Source: Octopus bimaculoides
Lineage: Eukaryota
Length of the DNA stretch: 51,409 bases
NCBI RefSeq assembly: GCF_001194135.2
Contig: NC_068999.1
Location: forward strand, 39,119,877-39,171,285
Direction: 5' to 3'
Positions 1-12,387 of this stretch are shown piece by piece. Each line of letters begins with the position of its first letter. Position 1 is the first letter of the stretch. A program made the translations under genes and the position numbers. The notes beneath the pieces are model-generated. The model had not been told where the DNA came from and ran no database searches. It saw nothing but the letters and a program-made list of their open reading frames with translations.

Positions 1-39
<39 letters not shown>

Positions 40-260
40 TGCTTTACTTCATATATACATATGTATCTATATATATATATATATGCGTGTGTGTAAGTGT
101 GCTCGCGCGCCCGTGTGTAGACAGCAGACTCGCAAACATGTATATATGTCTGTGTGCGTGTGCACATATGTGTATTATATGTAAGTTATACATGTGTTCA
201 TATACATAAATTTATGCAATTTATACATACACGCACACGCACACGCACAAACGCACACAT
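1..260. repeat. (TA)n microsatellite and TA/TG/CA low-complexity tract
   Basis: Pure (TA)n at 1-38, followed by degenerate TG/CA/GCAC dinucleotide-type sequence. Confidence 0.9.
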
Positions 261-739
261 TTATGTACAAGTTCTCATATATTCTCTTGAATGGCAAATG
301 GTATCACTAATCATTACATTGCGAAACCTCTGACAAGTACACTCAGTGTTGAGTACGTGTTTGTATCTACATATGGATGCATGTATATATCTATGCGTGT
401 ATGTGTGTGTGTGTGTGTGTAGATGTGAACGTGTTCTTTCAGCTTCTAATATTCGGCTCTGTTTTAGTTGGGTTTTTAGCTTTTCGAACGGTAACTCGAT
501 ATCCTGTCTTCACTATTGTCTTCTCTCTATATAATTCCACCTGTCCTTTGTATTACGTCTTAAACACTCTGAGATGCCAGGTAAAAGCTGTCAAAAATTC
601 CCCATAATCTAGTCAGCTCTAATACACAGTGTATGTCTCTTCTTATTGACCTGGAGAATTTGATTCCCTGTCAGTTGCCATTTATATAATAATAAACTAG
701 AAATCACGGTCTCTGTAAATGGTGGAACATAGGCGGTCT

Positions 740-1300
740 TGAAACGTGATCCGGGTGAGCTAGGCAAGCTTTCAAAAATAGGAAACTCTACTGATAGGGA
801 AATTGCCGCTCAGGGCAAACGAGGCTAAATATTTATGGAAGCAGTGTCGTCATCTCAGCTCCTTATATGGCATCAGATCTTGACGAATGAAGGCAGATGT
901 CAAAAAGTTCAAAATTCATACAACAATTAACCGTCTATGACACCCGTAACTACTGAGCAGCAATGACATCTGGGTCAAATATATGTAAGACCAACGATTC
1001 TTGGCAGGTAAAGACCTGCACTGAACCATAAAAGAGAAAAGAAATGTAGGACAACTATAGATTACCTGACAGAGATAAAAAGATGATTCTGAGGTGGGTT
1101 CGATGACAGAAAACGACGCGGAACTGCTGCGTGTGACTACGTTCTACCGGAAATTCTTTCTGCACATTTAGTTAAATTATTAAACGTCTGTGGCATTTAA
1201 ATCGTCGTTAGTGTGTCATAGAAAGTGTATATACACCGTCAGATGGGACTGATGCAGTGGAATTGTCCGAGACAAAATCTTTTAATGGACTCATTGTGTT
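740..1300 (+). mobile_element. Highly decayed RTE-clade LINE, C-terminal (post-RT) region
   Basis: Manual translation with frameshifts gives IRVS*ASFSKI, LPLRANEAKYLWKQC..LYGIRS*RMKADVKKF and LRWV. These resemble the RTE motifs RIxxGWxxF, LPLRxKxRLY..C..LYGSETWxMK and LRWFG. Confidence 0.45.
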
Positions 1301-1944
1301 AAAAACAATATAGATTGTAGCGAAGGAATATTTTCACTGCGGAGTTTCTCGAGTGTGACCAATGCGTTCCGCTATTGTTGAGGTGCGCCAGTGAGTGCAT
1401 CTGATTCTCACCTGTTTAAACAAAATTCATGGTGTATAAGTATTCTAAATAAAGAATTAAATTTTGGTGTCCGTTTCCAGTTCCAGTTTCATAGTATTAA
1501 GAAATGTCAAACTTCCTCGTAAACAGATAATGGACTCTCTCTTTCTCTGTGCCCTCCCACCTCTTTCTGTGCCTCTCTCTCTCTCATAAATATTGATATG
1601 GGTGAGAGCTCAGTGCTTTGGCCAACAAACTGCATAACCTGTTCCTGCAATTAACTTGCTGCCAGTACATGTGAGCTCTTTACGTAATTCTCAAACAATC
1701 ATTAATTGTTTTTAAATAGGTGCAAGACCTGAAATTTTATGGGAAACGGGTTAGTCGATTAAATCGAGTCAATTACTTGAGTGGTAATTTAATCTATCTA
1801 CCCTGGGGCAACAAATGCAAAGATGACCTCTTTGGAATTCGATTTTATAAAGACGGGAGAATTATCGATATGCATTTTGTCCAACGTCTGCCAACCCGTC
1901 ATCTCGCTACCATTATGTAGTGCTTACCCCCGTGGAAATTCCAC

Positions 1945-1978
<34 letters not shown>

Positions 1979-2080
1979 ATAGCGAAAGAACAGTATTTAT
2001 TCCAAAAGGTAATCTCGGTTGCCAACCTAACGACGAGATTGTCTTAGAACTCAGAAATTCTGTGTTATTTGTCTTCAAAG

Positions 2081-2184
2081 GATCGCTCATAAGGATTCGT
2101 GGTTCATAAAAAAACACCGTCTACCAACGATATAACTACGTGTGCTTTTACGCACCACGAGTCCTTATGACAGATCTTCTCAAG
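2081..2184 (+). CDS. Candidate internal or first coding exon of an unidentified host gene
   Basis: Polypyrimidine acceptor ttatttgtcttcaaag| and strong donor AAG|gtaaat. The 3' frame is open from 2110 (KNTVYQRYNYVCFYAPRVLMTDLLK) and ends in phase 0, matching exon 5330. The exon is fully open only if the A7 run (2108-2114) is A6, or if translation starts at ATG 2167. Confidence 0.3.
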
Positions 2185-2399
2185 GTAAATAACAATATTC
2201 TTAGTTCTAACATAACCTCCACGTTAAGTTGGAGATAAAAATTGCCCCCACCCCTCCACACACACATATTATGCAGGCTTCGTTAGAGTCTAGGTGTTTC
2301 AATGTTCAGGATGCTGGGATCGAGTTCCATTTGTATGTGTGAGGTTGGGGGGGGGGGAGCTTTTTCTAGGCTGACGAAGAAGACGTGATGCTAGAGCTG

Positions 2400-2990
2400 T
2401 GAATCAAGGAATATTAATTTCATTTATTCTTATGACTAGCTCTATTGTATCACTTTCCAGGTAAACTGACAGCTGACTGTTTAAGGACGACTTTAAACGT
2501 AACGAGTAGCGAGGTCTCTTGAAAATGTACAAAATGTGGCATCGTAGTGTTATCAAGTAATTGCAGAGGTGAAAGTGTTTCGTCCCAACCCGAAGACATT
2601 CAAACTGACATGGTTGTTACATTAGGGATGACTCTCCAGCTTTATGGACGGTGCGAAAGTGGGCAGTTAGATATAGGAGGGGAAAAGAGTCTCGAAATGA
2701 CCTAGAGTTTGAAGGTCCTGCAGCTACCACCACCAAGGAAAATATTGATTGTGTTTAACACATGGAGATGGATAACAGGCAACAGAATAGAAATCAAACG
2801 GCCAATGTTATTAGCATATCCCTGAGAGAGTTGAGAATATTCTCCTTAATTAACTTGATACTTGGAAGGTTTCTGTTCGGTGGGCACAACGTTTTGGGAC
2901 AACTGATCACATCATGAAAATATCTGATACTGCTTGAAGCAGATCTAGTTGATTCAGCATGGAGACTATATTTGCTAATAATACCACGGG
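2400..2990 (+). mobile_element. Mariner (Tc1/mariner) transposase relic, N-terminal half
   Basis: From about 2524, decayed KMxKxWHRxVIK, then PEDIQTDMVV..DDSPAL..V.KWA..., TTTKENID and KVSVRWAQR. These match the mariner HTH region and the WVPRLL-type linker. Multiple stops and frameshifts. Confidence 0.75.
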
Positions 2991-4309
2991 ACACGAACCC
3001 TTAACAGTTTCGTTCGTAATCCAACATCTTCTCTGCGTTGTTATTTGCTACTGTTTCATGATATTACATATTTATATAATTTTCAAATATCAAACGAAAA
3101 ACACTGGATAGTATTTGATATTTATAGTTTTCAACTTGTCATGGGAAAAGATCTAGTCATAAGAATGACATGATATAACAACATATCTACCCAGTAAAGT
3201 ACATTTTGGAATTATAATACTCATTTTAGACATTTTTTGTTGATTCTGGTTTAAATGATTTACTTTATTATTATTATCTTCTTTTTTCTTTTACTAAATC
3301 AGATTTCTTTATTTCTTTCACATCTCATGTTGAAAGTAATATAATGAAATCGGTATAGAAGAAAAATAATTTATGTGGAAAACACGAAATCTTTTATGGA
3401 ATGGTTTACTAAAATGTTTTTATATAATCTCTAACACTGAAGTTAAGAATGACAAGTAAACATGGAAACGGCATCTCCTTCATGTAACATTTATAGAAGA
3501 AACCGGAAAAAAATGGTTAGTTGTTCGGTAGCATTTAACAATGCTATGTACTAGAAGACAAGCAAAAGGTGATGGAGTGTTACCGTTAATGACAAGGAGT
3601 TTGAAACTGTTCGGATTTGGTTAAATGAAAAGTATTCTCAGACATCTTCTTCTTCTACTTTAAAGAAACGAATATAAATCTGCCAAGACGTTAAGACAAA
3701 CAATTGAAAAAGAACACATATAACTGGCAAAACCAACATTAGTTGTTGAATGCTCAGGAAATTAAGAGTAAGAGGAAGCCAGAAATGATAGTGAAGAATT
3801 CCTTCGTTTGAATAGGTACTTAGCTTTTACAGGAAGTTGAAAACAGGTAATAACAATTGAATAACTGACAAGTCATAGAAGAATGTGTAGAGAAAATAAG
3901 TGGTTCTTAACATACAATAAGAAAAGGCGACAGGGGTGAGTGTACGTATGTTTGTTTGTGTGTGTGTGTTGAGAGGGAGAGAGTAGACAAAGGGAGACAG
4001 TGATATATTAAAAGAAACGAGACAGAAAACTGAGAACGAAATGTGGGGAAGAGATAGCAAAAACATTCCTAATTCACAAACAAAGTAAAGAAAACACAAA
4101 TCGAAATGTGTGTCTACTTGTGTATGTGTTGGTGTTTGTTTGTGTGTGTGTGAGTTATGCAGTAGCGGTGAGTGACTTTATGGGGAAAATAATGGCTTGT
4201 TCATATTCGTTTTGAAAAAACGCGATCTACAGTATGGACACGCTTTTAGATAACAAAACTGCAACAAAATCTACATTACATCCCCTCCCCCCTCACCCTC
4301 CCCCCAAAA

Positions 4310-5240
4310 AGAATGATCACCTTCTTCCCCACCATCATCTGGGTGAGCCTGCTCGGACATTTTTAACCTGCGCATGCAATCCATCTCAGTCCTGCATTAG
4401 TTGAGGGAGGTCTTCATGGAGGCAACCATGATCGCTAGTAAGTTCTTCAAGATATGTTTAAAATTGCTCTTAACATTTGGATGCAAGTTCCATCTTGCTT
4501 GGATTCTAAATTTTTGCTAAGTGTCCAGGCGGTTATTCCATATATATATAAAAAAAGTAAATATTAATGACATGTAAAATCGTTTTGTGATTCAAAACGA
4601 CTGTGATATTTTTGAAGTGCATTGTCTAACACTTTGTCAAATACATGAAGTCACTACTTCTGGTGTCCTTCGGAAGCTAAAATGTTTCTCCGGGTACGAG
4701 TGCAGATACAAGCACACTTTACTATGGTAACTTTATAATCTCGCAGTGCCAATATTGTACTTGCATTTACAATATGGTTTACACATCCGGCATCCTCACC
4801 AACTACCTACATATATACTTCGGTTATTTTTTTTTCTACAGAATTTGTATGCGGGGCTTCGTTGTAGGCTGCATGTATTATTAACAAAATTAAATACATT
4901 AAAGAAAGGAGCAACCAATTGAGTCAGTGTATAAAACGGGGTTGTCCCTTCGTGGTTGATCGTTTTGCCAGGAAAACAGAGATAAAATGTTAATAAAAAA
5001 ATTATGAGAAATATATTGCAGTGAAGAAAGTGTTGTCTTCAGTCATTTGTCTGCTTTGTCAAAGGTGTTCTCTAGGAAAACAACAACCATATTAACATTT
5101 TTTATCAACCGTCGAAGGAAGAAAAGAAAAAACGAGAAAAAAAATCCTACACGTGATAGCATGATAAAAGAACAGTAAAGAGTTACTTTGAACGACAGGA
5201 TAACTGTGGTTAAAGCTGATTTAGTTTTGAGCATCACACG
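4310..5240 (-). mobile_element. Decayed RTE-clade LINE reverse transcriptase region
   Basis: Minus strand, in the correct order: LRRLIKNV..VVVFLENTFDK (LRRxIE..FIDFxKAFD), APFFNVF (LAPFLF), FMYL (FKYLG), AWTLSKNLESKQDGTCIQMLRAILNIS (WTLTKxLExRLDGxYTRMLRAxLNISW) and RLKM (RLRxAG). Confidence 0.65.
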
Positions 5241-5329
5241 TTTTGCCTATCGGGATATACTTTGTCCAATATCAGGTTACATATTTAACTAATCAGTGTG
5301 TGATTTAAAGGATATTTGATTGTTAATAG

Positions 5330-5369
5330 TCGCCCCATGAGCCGCTGCCTAAGCCCATCTGGAGAGATC
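5330..5369 (+). CDS. Candidate penultimate coding exon (SPHEPLPKPIWRD) of an unidentified gene
   Basis: The acceptor tag at 5327-5329 is an in-frame stop, which fixes the exon start. Donor ATC|gtaagg. The 40-nt exon is phase 0 to 1 and joins the next exon in frame across a 292-nt GT-AG intron. Confidence 0.55.
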
Positions 5370-5661
5370 GTAAGGCAAACATCTGAACATGTATTATCGA
5401 GTAGGCAGTTCATCTTTTTATAATTTTGATTTAAAATAAATGTCGTTATAATATACTTTGATGTTTTAAATTTCCATACAATAGATTTTAAAAAAATATA
5501 TATAATTTGTTCTAAATTTTCTGAATATTTTACCGTTCCCTAATATTCTGAATGAATGGCAGCAGTGTAACAAGGTTTTTAACAACCATGTGATGTATTA
5601 TTTTTTAATAAAATCATTCCTAGTATTCATGCTTTAGTGTTTTTCTCATTTCTTTTTTCAG

Positions 5662-5858
5662 ACGAACGTTTAAGCGAAGATTCTTCTCCCGAGAAGTTAA
5701 GCGCTTCATCCGTGATTAGCAGCAGTGTATCTTCACCATCAACCAGTCACAGCAGTGAGGCTCGATCTAGGAGGGTGGCATCAGTTCGAACCAAGTCGAC
5801 TTCATCTAGTGAATTAGTGGTTACTGGATCAGGACACAGCAGTGTATCGGGACATTAA
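5662..5858 (+). CDS. Candidate terminal coding exon encoding a Ser-rich disordered C-terminal tail
   Basis: Strong acceptor ttttctcatttcttttttcag|. Only the phase-1 frame is open: ERLSEDSSPEKLSASSVISSSVSSPSTSHSSEARSRRVASVRTKSTSSSELVVTGSGHSSVSGH*. GC content is raised relative to the flanks. Confidence 0.6.
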
Positions 5859-5954
5859 GCAGAGAAATGAAATGACTCCCTTCTACAGGTATAACATTTA
5901 TTTCCTTCATCAAATTTGTAGCTCTTATTCTATTTATCTTTATACTTTCGTCTA

Positions 5955-6545
5955 ACTCTGGAAGAATTGCCAGAGCTTCGGTGAAGATGCTTTGCGATAT
6001 AATTTGGGCCACTTTACGTTCCGAGTTCAGTTCCTGACGAGGTTAACTTTACCGTACCAGCAAATAAAATACAGGTGAACAACTCGGACTGACGGTAACA
6101 GAGCAGGCTCCTTTTTTCAAAACATCATCATAAATTAAAAATCATTTATCTAACTCTGGGCAATGGATTGGCGGAATCTTAAGAACTTCGAAGAAAAAAA
6201 CGTGCTCTATTTTGTTTGGGTACTTTAGGTTCTGAGTTCGAATCTCGATAAAGTCAACTTTGCCGTTTGTCGATAAACTATTCTATTATGTGGACTCGCC
6301 TATTCCTCTTCTCAGGTAGCCTTGTACCTAAATTAAAAACGTGATTATGATTATTACTTCGTCTGAGTCAGGGTGGGGGACTTAATGAAGTTTTAGACCC
6401 ACGGAGAAAATTCCTTGCAGTAAGTGTTCTGACTCTTAATAACCTGATTTCAAATTTCGCCAAGTCAACTTCGCCTTTTATTCCTCCGAGGTCAATTTAG
6501 TACAAATCAAGAAGTTGAGTTGATGTAATCGCTCAAAACTCCTTC
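5955..6545 (+). mobile_element. Three decayed head-to-tail tRNA-derived SINE copies (~5955-6090, ~6160-6350, ~6370-6545)
   Basis: Each has a degenerate version of the ttacgttctgagttcaaattccgccgaggtcgactttgcc B-box segment that is nearly intact in the copy at 49748. Confidence 0.6.
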
Positions 6546-6616
6546 AAAATTTAATCCCTTGTATTTACGTCAATTAGGTGCAATTAGCAAATGCTTTAAT
6601 TTTCATGTCATTCAAC

Positions 6617-6619
6617 ACA

Positions 6620-6683
<64 letters not shown>

Positions 6684-6692
6684 CACGCGCGC
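6617..6692. repeat. (GCAC)n tetranucleotide microsatellite
   Basis: Direct read of the sequence. It produces the spurious THAR/VRAC ORFs. Confidence 0.95.
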
Positions 6693-7199
6693 GCAATACA
6701 CAGGCAGATACGTATGTACATGCATACAAAACTTGATATATGTGAAGAAGAAAATAGGTCAGCACCGGACTAAATGCTTCAATCTCTATGTATAGTTTCA
6801 TTCATCTAACGTTAAATTACCTATTTCCTTATTTACAAGCTGAGCGGGTAAGACTAACACACACGAATGCTTTCCGTTAACACTACATTTTTTCATCCAG
6901 TATTAGATAGATAGATACTTGTGTTCGCGTAGGCAGACTAGCATATACGTGTATGTTCAGTGTGGATGCCTGTGCTGCGAATAGTATCACATGAAGGCTT
7001 TTTAATATCCGACGTTTGATTATAAAGGTGCTAATTCTCTCCTCTCGACTGCTAACTAATTTTATCGAATCCTGAAAGAATTGAAAGCCATGTTGGCCCT
7101 AGTGTAAATTGAAATTTCTAGTTTAAAGAGTTGGAATAAATTTTGACCCGTATTTTATCCAACATTCGAATAAGACTACTTGCAAATTTTTCGCCAATG

Positions 7200-7520
7200 G
7201 CTGCTCTTCGTTTTCCAGTTACGCAACGCAAATGAAGAAAACTATCATAAAACTGCCATTATTCCGAAATGATTCGTATGCATTGCTCGTAAGAATGCGA
7301 AAGAACGTGTACTGCAAATTTAAAACCCTTGTTTTGAATTTTACAGCCAGCCACAGTTACCTTTTCCTGGGTACTGATGTGATTGAATCGTTACGACGTT
7401 GGACACCCAGGCTTTTCGCTATTTGGTTCAGCTCTTTAGGTTTGGAGTTGAAGTTGCACCGAGGTCGTAGTTTCTTTTCATCTATTCGGCAATATAACTG
7501 AGTGTTCTGTTATACCATCT
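7200..7520 (-). mobile_element. Mariner transposase relic (HTH to first catalytic motif)
   Basis: Minus strand gives ELNQIAKSLGV (ELAxxLGV HTH) and SFLHLRCVTGK (FLxRIVTGDEK). Confidence 0.5.
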
Positions 7521-7552
7521 TTCTGACTTTGTGCCTTGGATCACAAATTAGG

Positions 7553-7650
7553 GGCGATAGGTCAGCAGAAAATTTAGCAAGTCCGACAAAGAACCTTTCT
7601 TGATATTTGTTAAACCTCCTTACGTTCTGATTTCAAATCTTGCTGACTTC
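7553..7650 (+). mobile_element. Decayed SINE head fragment
   Basis: cagcagaaaatttagca...ttacgttctgatttcaaatc matches the A-box and B-box region of the SINE family at 49748. Confidence 0.45.
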
Positions 7651-8649
7651 AAATTTTGAAGCAATTAGATACAGTAAATGATGAAAATTAGTTTGGTAAA
7701 ATGGCAAATACATTGATAGATTTTTCTAGAATAATTTGTCAGTATAATAGGAAGTTCAGTAGATAACGATTGTTGAGTAAAATATAAGTTGGAAGTGAAG
7801 TAATTGTTGTTTTATTTTAGGTTAATATGTTTACGCTATGATATTGATATGACAAGTTAACGCTTAATATAGAGTTTATGGTTAAAGTATGAAAAAGAAA
7901 GAAAAAACAAACAGAAAATGACTAAATGAGAGATAGATGAAACAAAACGATAAATGGGGAGATAACATAGGTCACATTGGAATATATCGTGGAAGCTATT
8001 TGAAAATGGGACGAAGTGTTAAATTCAATATAGTTCTGAGATGAAGTGAAAAGCTGTATGTATGAAAGTACGTGTGTGTGTATATATATATATATATCTG
8101 AAGTGTGAAGAAATGTGAATGAGGAAGCAAGGCATGTAATCAATTAGGTGACAGGACCACCAAGGTGAAATGTGCCAGCGAATATTGAAGAGAAAATCAT
8201 TAAGTATATTTCATGAAGCATCTTTGAAATCTAAGTTGAAAACCAGGCCATATAATGTAGTTTGATAATTATCAGTATTATACTGGCGTTGTGGGTAACC
8301 TTTTGTAGCGGCCATTTAATACGTGTGTTCTGGAGACTGATATCATTTCAATCAACTTTGCTTTGATGCCAGATTAATGTTAACGTCATGAAACAGTTTC
8401 TTCTATTCCATAACTTTCTTCCTGAATTTACATTTTTTTGTTTCTTTCTTGGAGAGAGAAATAGATGGAAATTTCAAATGATTTGTCTTCCGTAATTTTT
8501 ATCTGACGAGGGAAGAAGCATGTGAGGGAGTGTAAGCCGTAAAACAGAGAGAGAGTGAGGATGACAGTGAAAAGAGGGGAAAATGTATACATGTATAATT
8601 AAAAATGCTAGAGGAGGGGGTCTGTGTGCACAAAATATATTGTGAATAT

Positions 8650-8908
8650 AATTCAAGATGGAACATGGATACGGTTAACAGAAAAAGAACGGATGACAAG
8701 GAAACATCTTCCTCAGACAAGGAAATTCAGAGCACAAATAGAGTGCCCAGTAGGACTATTCCAAATTTTACCTCCTTAGCACGGCCAGAATAATCAGGAA
8801 TGTATTTGTTAAAAAGTACAGATAGCATAGTACTGTAGGCCACAGGCAGCAAGCCAGCTACGCATGCAAGGCTCCAGGAGAAGCCACAAAACCTGCGATA
8901 ATAATAAT
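8650..8908 (+). mobile_element. R4/Dong-type (RLE) non-LTR retrotransposon 3' end relic
   Basis: RWNMDTV ... LLSTARIIRNV (after a frameshift) matches the RLE C-terminal RMWxM...LLGTARIIR motif. It is followed by a short 3' UTR and an (ATA)n tail. Confidence 0.5.
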
Positions 8909-8910
8909 GC

Positions 8911-8911
<1 letters not shown>

Positions 8912-8948
<37 letters not shown>

Positions 8949-9198
8949 GCTTCATATTTTGACCTAAGGTCAGCAATTTGGGTTGTGGCAAGTCGATTTC
9001 AACAACTCCAGTACTTGACTTCTACTCATTTTATCAACCTTGAAAGGCTGAAAAGCAAAGTTGATATAATTTATCGATTGTAGAGGAATAAAAGACAATT
9101 GTAACCTCAGCAGAATTTGAACCCAGAACGTAAAATGCAGGAGAAAATACTGCAAAGCTCTTTATCCCGCCGCTTTACTGATTCTATCATCTCACCGC
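8912..9198 (-). mobile_element. tRNA-derived SINE with (AAT)n tail
   Basis: Reverse complement begins gcggtgagatgatagaatc, contains ttttacgttctgggttcaaattctgctgagg (B-box) and ends in (AAT)12. Confidence 0.8.
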
Positions 9199-10329
9199 AT
9201 TCTACTTAAGTAATAATATCTTCCTTTGTTGCAATGATTCTGTTTGTTTTTTCCTGAGCAACGTTAGTGATGATACCAATATTAACTAAACTGAAAGGAA
9301 AACGACTTGCTCCAAAATGGCCATTATGAAGCAAATTTATTTGTTTCCGTATTTTTCTAGAAATTCTTCTGTAAAGCCGGAGTGAGGAGGGATGGAAATG
9401 ATTTGAATTTTACTATTTGTGTTCAAGGGGATTCGTTTGTTATTTTGTTTGAACATTTACAAACCAATATTAAATAATGGTAACACAATTCCATCGACAC
9501 CTATGTGTGTATCTAGACAATATCATGTCAACAGCTGTGTTCAGTGATTGCTTTGTATATTGAGAGAAATATTAAAGGAAATAATGTGTGTAAAACCAAG
9601 GTCGAGATTTCGAGGTTATGAATTTTGGTTTATAGCCAGCGTATGTTATCGATTCGGAGGAAGTGAAAAACAACCCTAAAAAATTTGAAGGTGGTTGCCC
9701 AGTATGGAAAGAAGCCTTTTAGTATAGTACTATCCGTCATTAATGACGAGTGGTGTGTGTGGCATGGTGATATGTATCATGCTTTCGTTAATTGTTTTAG
9801 GTTTTTGTGTAGTTGTAAGCAATGATAAATTCCCCCTAGGCCTCTAAGCCTTTCAGCCAGTGGCACACCCAGTTTGCGATAGATGGTAGGAGATAAGACT
9901 ACTCCAGCAACCGGCTGATACTCATGACCCTTAAATAGGCTGGATTATCCCCAAATGAAATATATTGCGTAAGATTACAATACACTACCCGATCAAAGAT
10001 TTCAACGACGATCTTGTGGGCTGAGTACCCCTAACTACAAACACAAAAGAAAGAAAAACAGAAATACAATGATTGAGACAAACGAGATGAAAAAATGTTT
10101 GGCGGATATAATATTTAGCATATCGTGTTAAGTTTCTCTATTGGAAAGACGATATGAAGGGCAAAATGGAGTTTCTATTTCCAGCAGGGTGGTCACCCTC
10201 TTAACGGCCATCTCACAGGTTCATTGTTCTTTTTTAGACGTAGGTCAGTACTTACTATAAATTATGATCACCGCTACCTTTTGAGTATGAGCATGTTTGT
10301 GCCTAACACTTATGTCCATTACATATGAA

Positions 10330-10600
10330 TGGCGGTTGGTAAGTAGGCGATGCCAGGGCAAGATTTATGCGATTTTATGCCATCCAGCGGGGCTTCCATT
10401 CTCGTTCCTTCCAACACCATTATTTTACATTTAAAAGCACCGATCCCCAAACGTTCAACCCTGGCTGGACTGCTTCCTCGCCCTTTTTTTGTATCACACT
10501 TGACACTAAAAAGGAAAAGGAGAGCTATTTCTGGTATAGCCAGACTCGGGAACATAGACGTACGCTGTCGACTCCCACCGTTGCTCTAAATCGAATGCAG
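10330..10600 (-). mobile_element. Possible RTE-type APE endonuclease relic
   Basis: Minus strand VYVPESG (VYAPQxG-like) and GIGAFK..LEGTR (GxRNxEGxR-like). Weak similarity. Confidence 0.3.
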
Positions 10601-12183
10601 CAGGGAATTGCAAGACTCACAAACATTATATATGTTACGAGCATTTCAATGGTTTCCCTTTTGTTATCTTACTCGGTGTACTTCGTCTCCCCCTCCTCAA
10701 ACCTCTTCACTTCAAATCAAAGAGTGTTGCATTTATTCCATCCGGAGGTTTCTGAAATATTTTTATCTGATAAATACAGAAAACAGTTTCTTTTTAAAGG
10801 TTAGTTATTGATAATAGTCAATTAAACTTTGGAAATTGATTTATTTCAACTCCTGGACCTGGTTTAAAGAGATGTTGTTTATACTTCACATCTTCTTGCA
10901 TGGTAGTGTGTGGCTTTCCTCTTCCTACTACCCATGAACTGTTAGCTATACTGTAGGGCAATGCTGTTTATCGTGAATGCCTGATGGCCAATCGCGTAAA
11001 GAATTACAATTCGTGTGTATTCTGTTTGAGTTCAAATCTCTGTGTGATCTTTCATTGTGTTTCATGGAACTCTCATAACCCACTGAGTAAAGAATTAGTC
11101 AACCTTGTTTCTGTGTGTGTTCATATTCATTTATACGAGTTCAGATCCTCTTATGACTCATTTCTACACCGAACACAATCGTTCTTTATCTAGATGTCCG
11201 CTCCGATAAAGGACATTCACACGATGACTGTAGCATATTTCCTTTATTTATTTATTTATTTGTCTTCAAAATTTCCTTTCCACGAGATTCTCCTTTCCTC
11301 GAAATTCAGCGCTTATAAAGCACAATCCTATTTCAATGTACATCTCTTATTGCTAGGACAACTAGAAGCAGGGTACATATATACGAGATGTACTTTACGT
11401 GCATTATATTGATTTCATTCTTAGTATTCCATACATTTTTTAACTGCTAAGTGTTGTCACAATACATAACTTTGTCAGGCCAAATTGATTATGATAGGAG
11501 AATAGAATAATTTCACAGTTAGAATGTTAGTTATCGTCGTCGTCGTTGCTGTTGTTACAGTTCAAAACATATTCAGTGATAATTAAGTAGACCTATTCTC
11601 AAAGACATCTAGAAAATTCACCTATCAGAAATAATTGATATTTCGTTATTAGATGACTGAATGAGTATTAAAACAACATAGCATTTTGCATATCTTACTA
11701 AACGTGCCTATACTGTAGAAAGCCACAATACCGCAGTATTGGTCTTGCCAGAGTATCTCGTATAGAGATGGTGTGTTAAAAAGCAATGTAGCATATAAGC
11801 ATCAGGTGAAAAGCATCCAGCAGTGGCGGTGGAATTGCTAAGTCAGGATTTCTGTGACTTTGCGCGTCATCGGTTGCCAGTATCCACTATCAAACGCTTG
11901 TTATTAGACAGATTTAGCTTTTACTGATATAGTAAAAGAGTAACATCTCACTGGTGTCTCAAATAGCCGGCAGATTGATTATAAGTTGAGAATAACATTC
12001 TGTATAACTTATTCAACGAAGATGTATTATCGAAGGCCAGAAATTAACAGCTGTAAAGAAATTAGCTGTACGGACACGAGACAAATCAAATGTAGGAAAA
12101 TGCATGCCTTAAAACGCGTGTTTAGAGAAGGTTGGGATAGCCATTTTGAGTTTGCTCAGGGCTTCCTCTCGCAGAAAATATAT

Positions 12184-12387
12184 CTTTTCTACTGTAAGCA
12201 CAAGGCCCGAAACTTTGGGGCAGGGGGCCAGTCGATGAGATCTACCCCAGTACTTAACTGGTACTTAATTTATCGACTTCGAAAGGCAAAGTCGACCTCG
12301 GCAGAATTTGAACTCAGAGCGTAAAGACAGACGAAATACCACTATGCATTCGCCCGCCGTGCTAACGTTTCTGCCAGCTCGCCGCCT
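12184..12387 (-). mobile_element. tRNA-derived SINE, near full length
   Basis: Reverse complement ggcggcgagctggcagaaacgttagc...gagttcaaattctgccgaggtcgactttgcc...ttaagtaccagtt, closely similar to 49748-49963. Confidence 0.9.

Noticed and set aside
480-580. Possible exon with a GPCR TM7-like string (YNSTCPLYYVLN)
   Set aside because: The spacing does not fit NSxxNPxxY, the acceptor is weak, and the phase does not match the next candidate exon.
3000-3045. Minus-strand GAGAAGAT-GTT..AAC-GAAAC-TGTT hammerhead-like string
   Set aside because: Two core mismatches and no stem I.
7347-7439. Apparent symmetric 93-nt exon (SHSYLFLGTDVIESLRRW...)
   Set aside because: The opposite strand matches mariner HTH and catalytic motifs, so it is better explained as a transposon relic.
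10238-10338. Good acceptor and donor pair
   Set aside because: All three frames contain stops. It could only be a non-coding exon, and nothing supports that.
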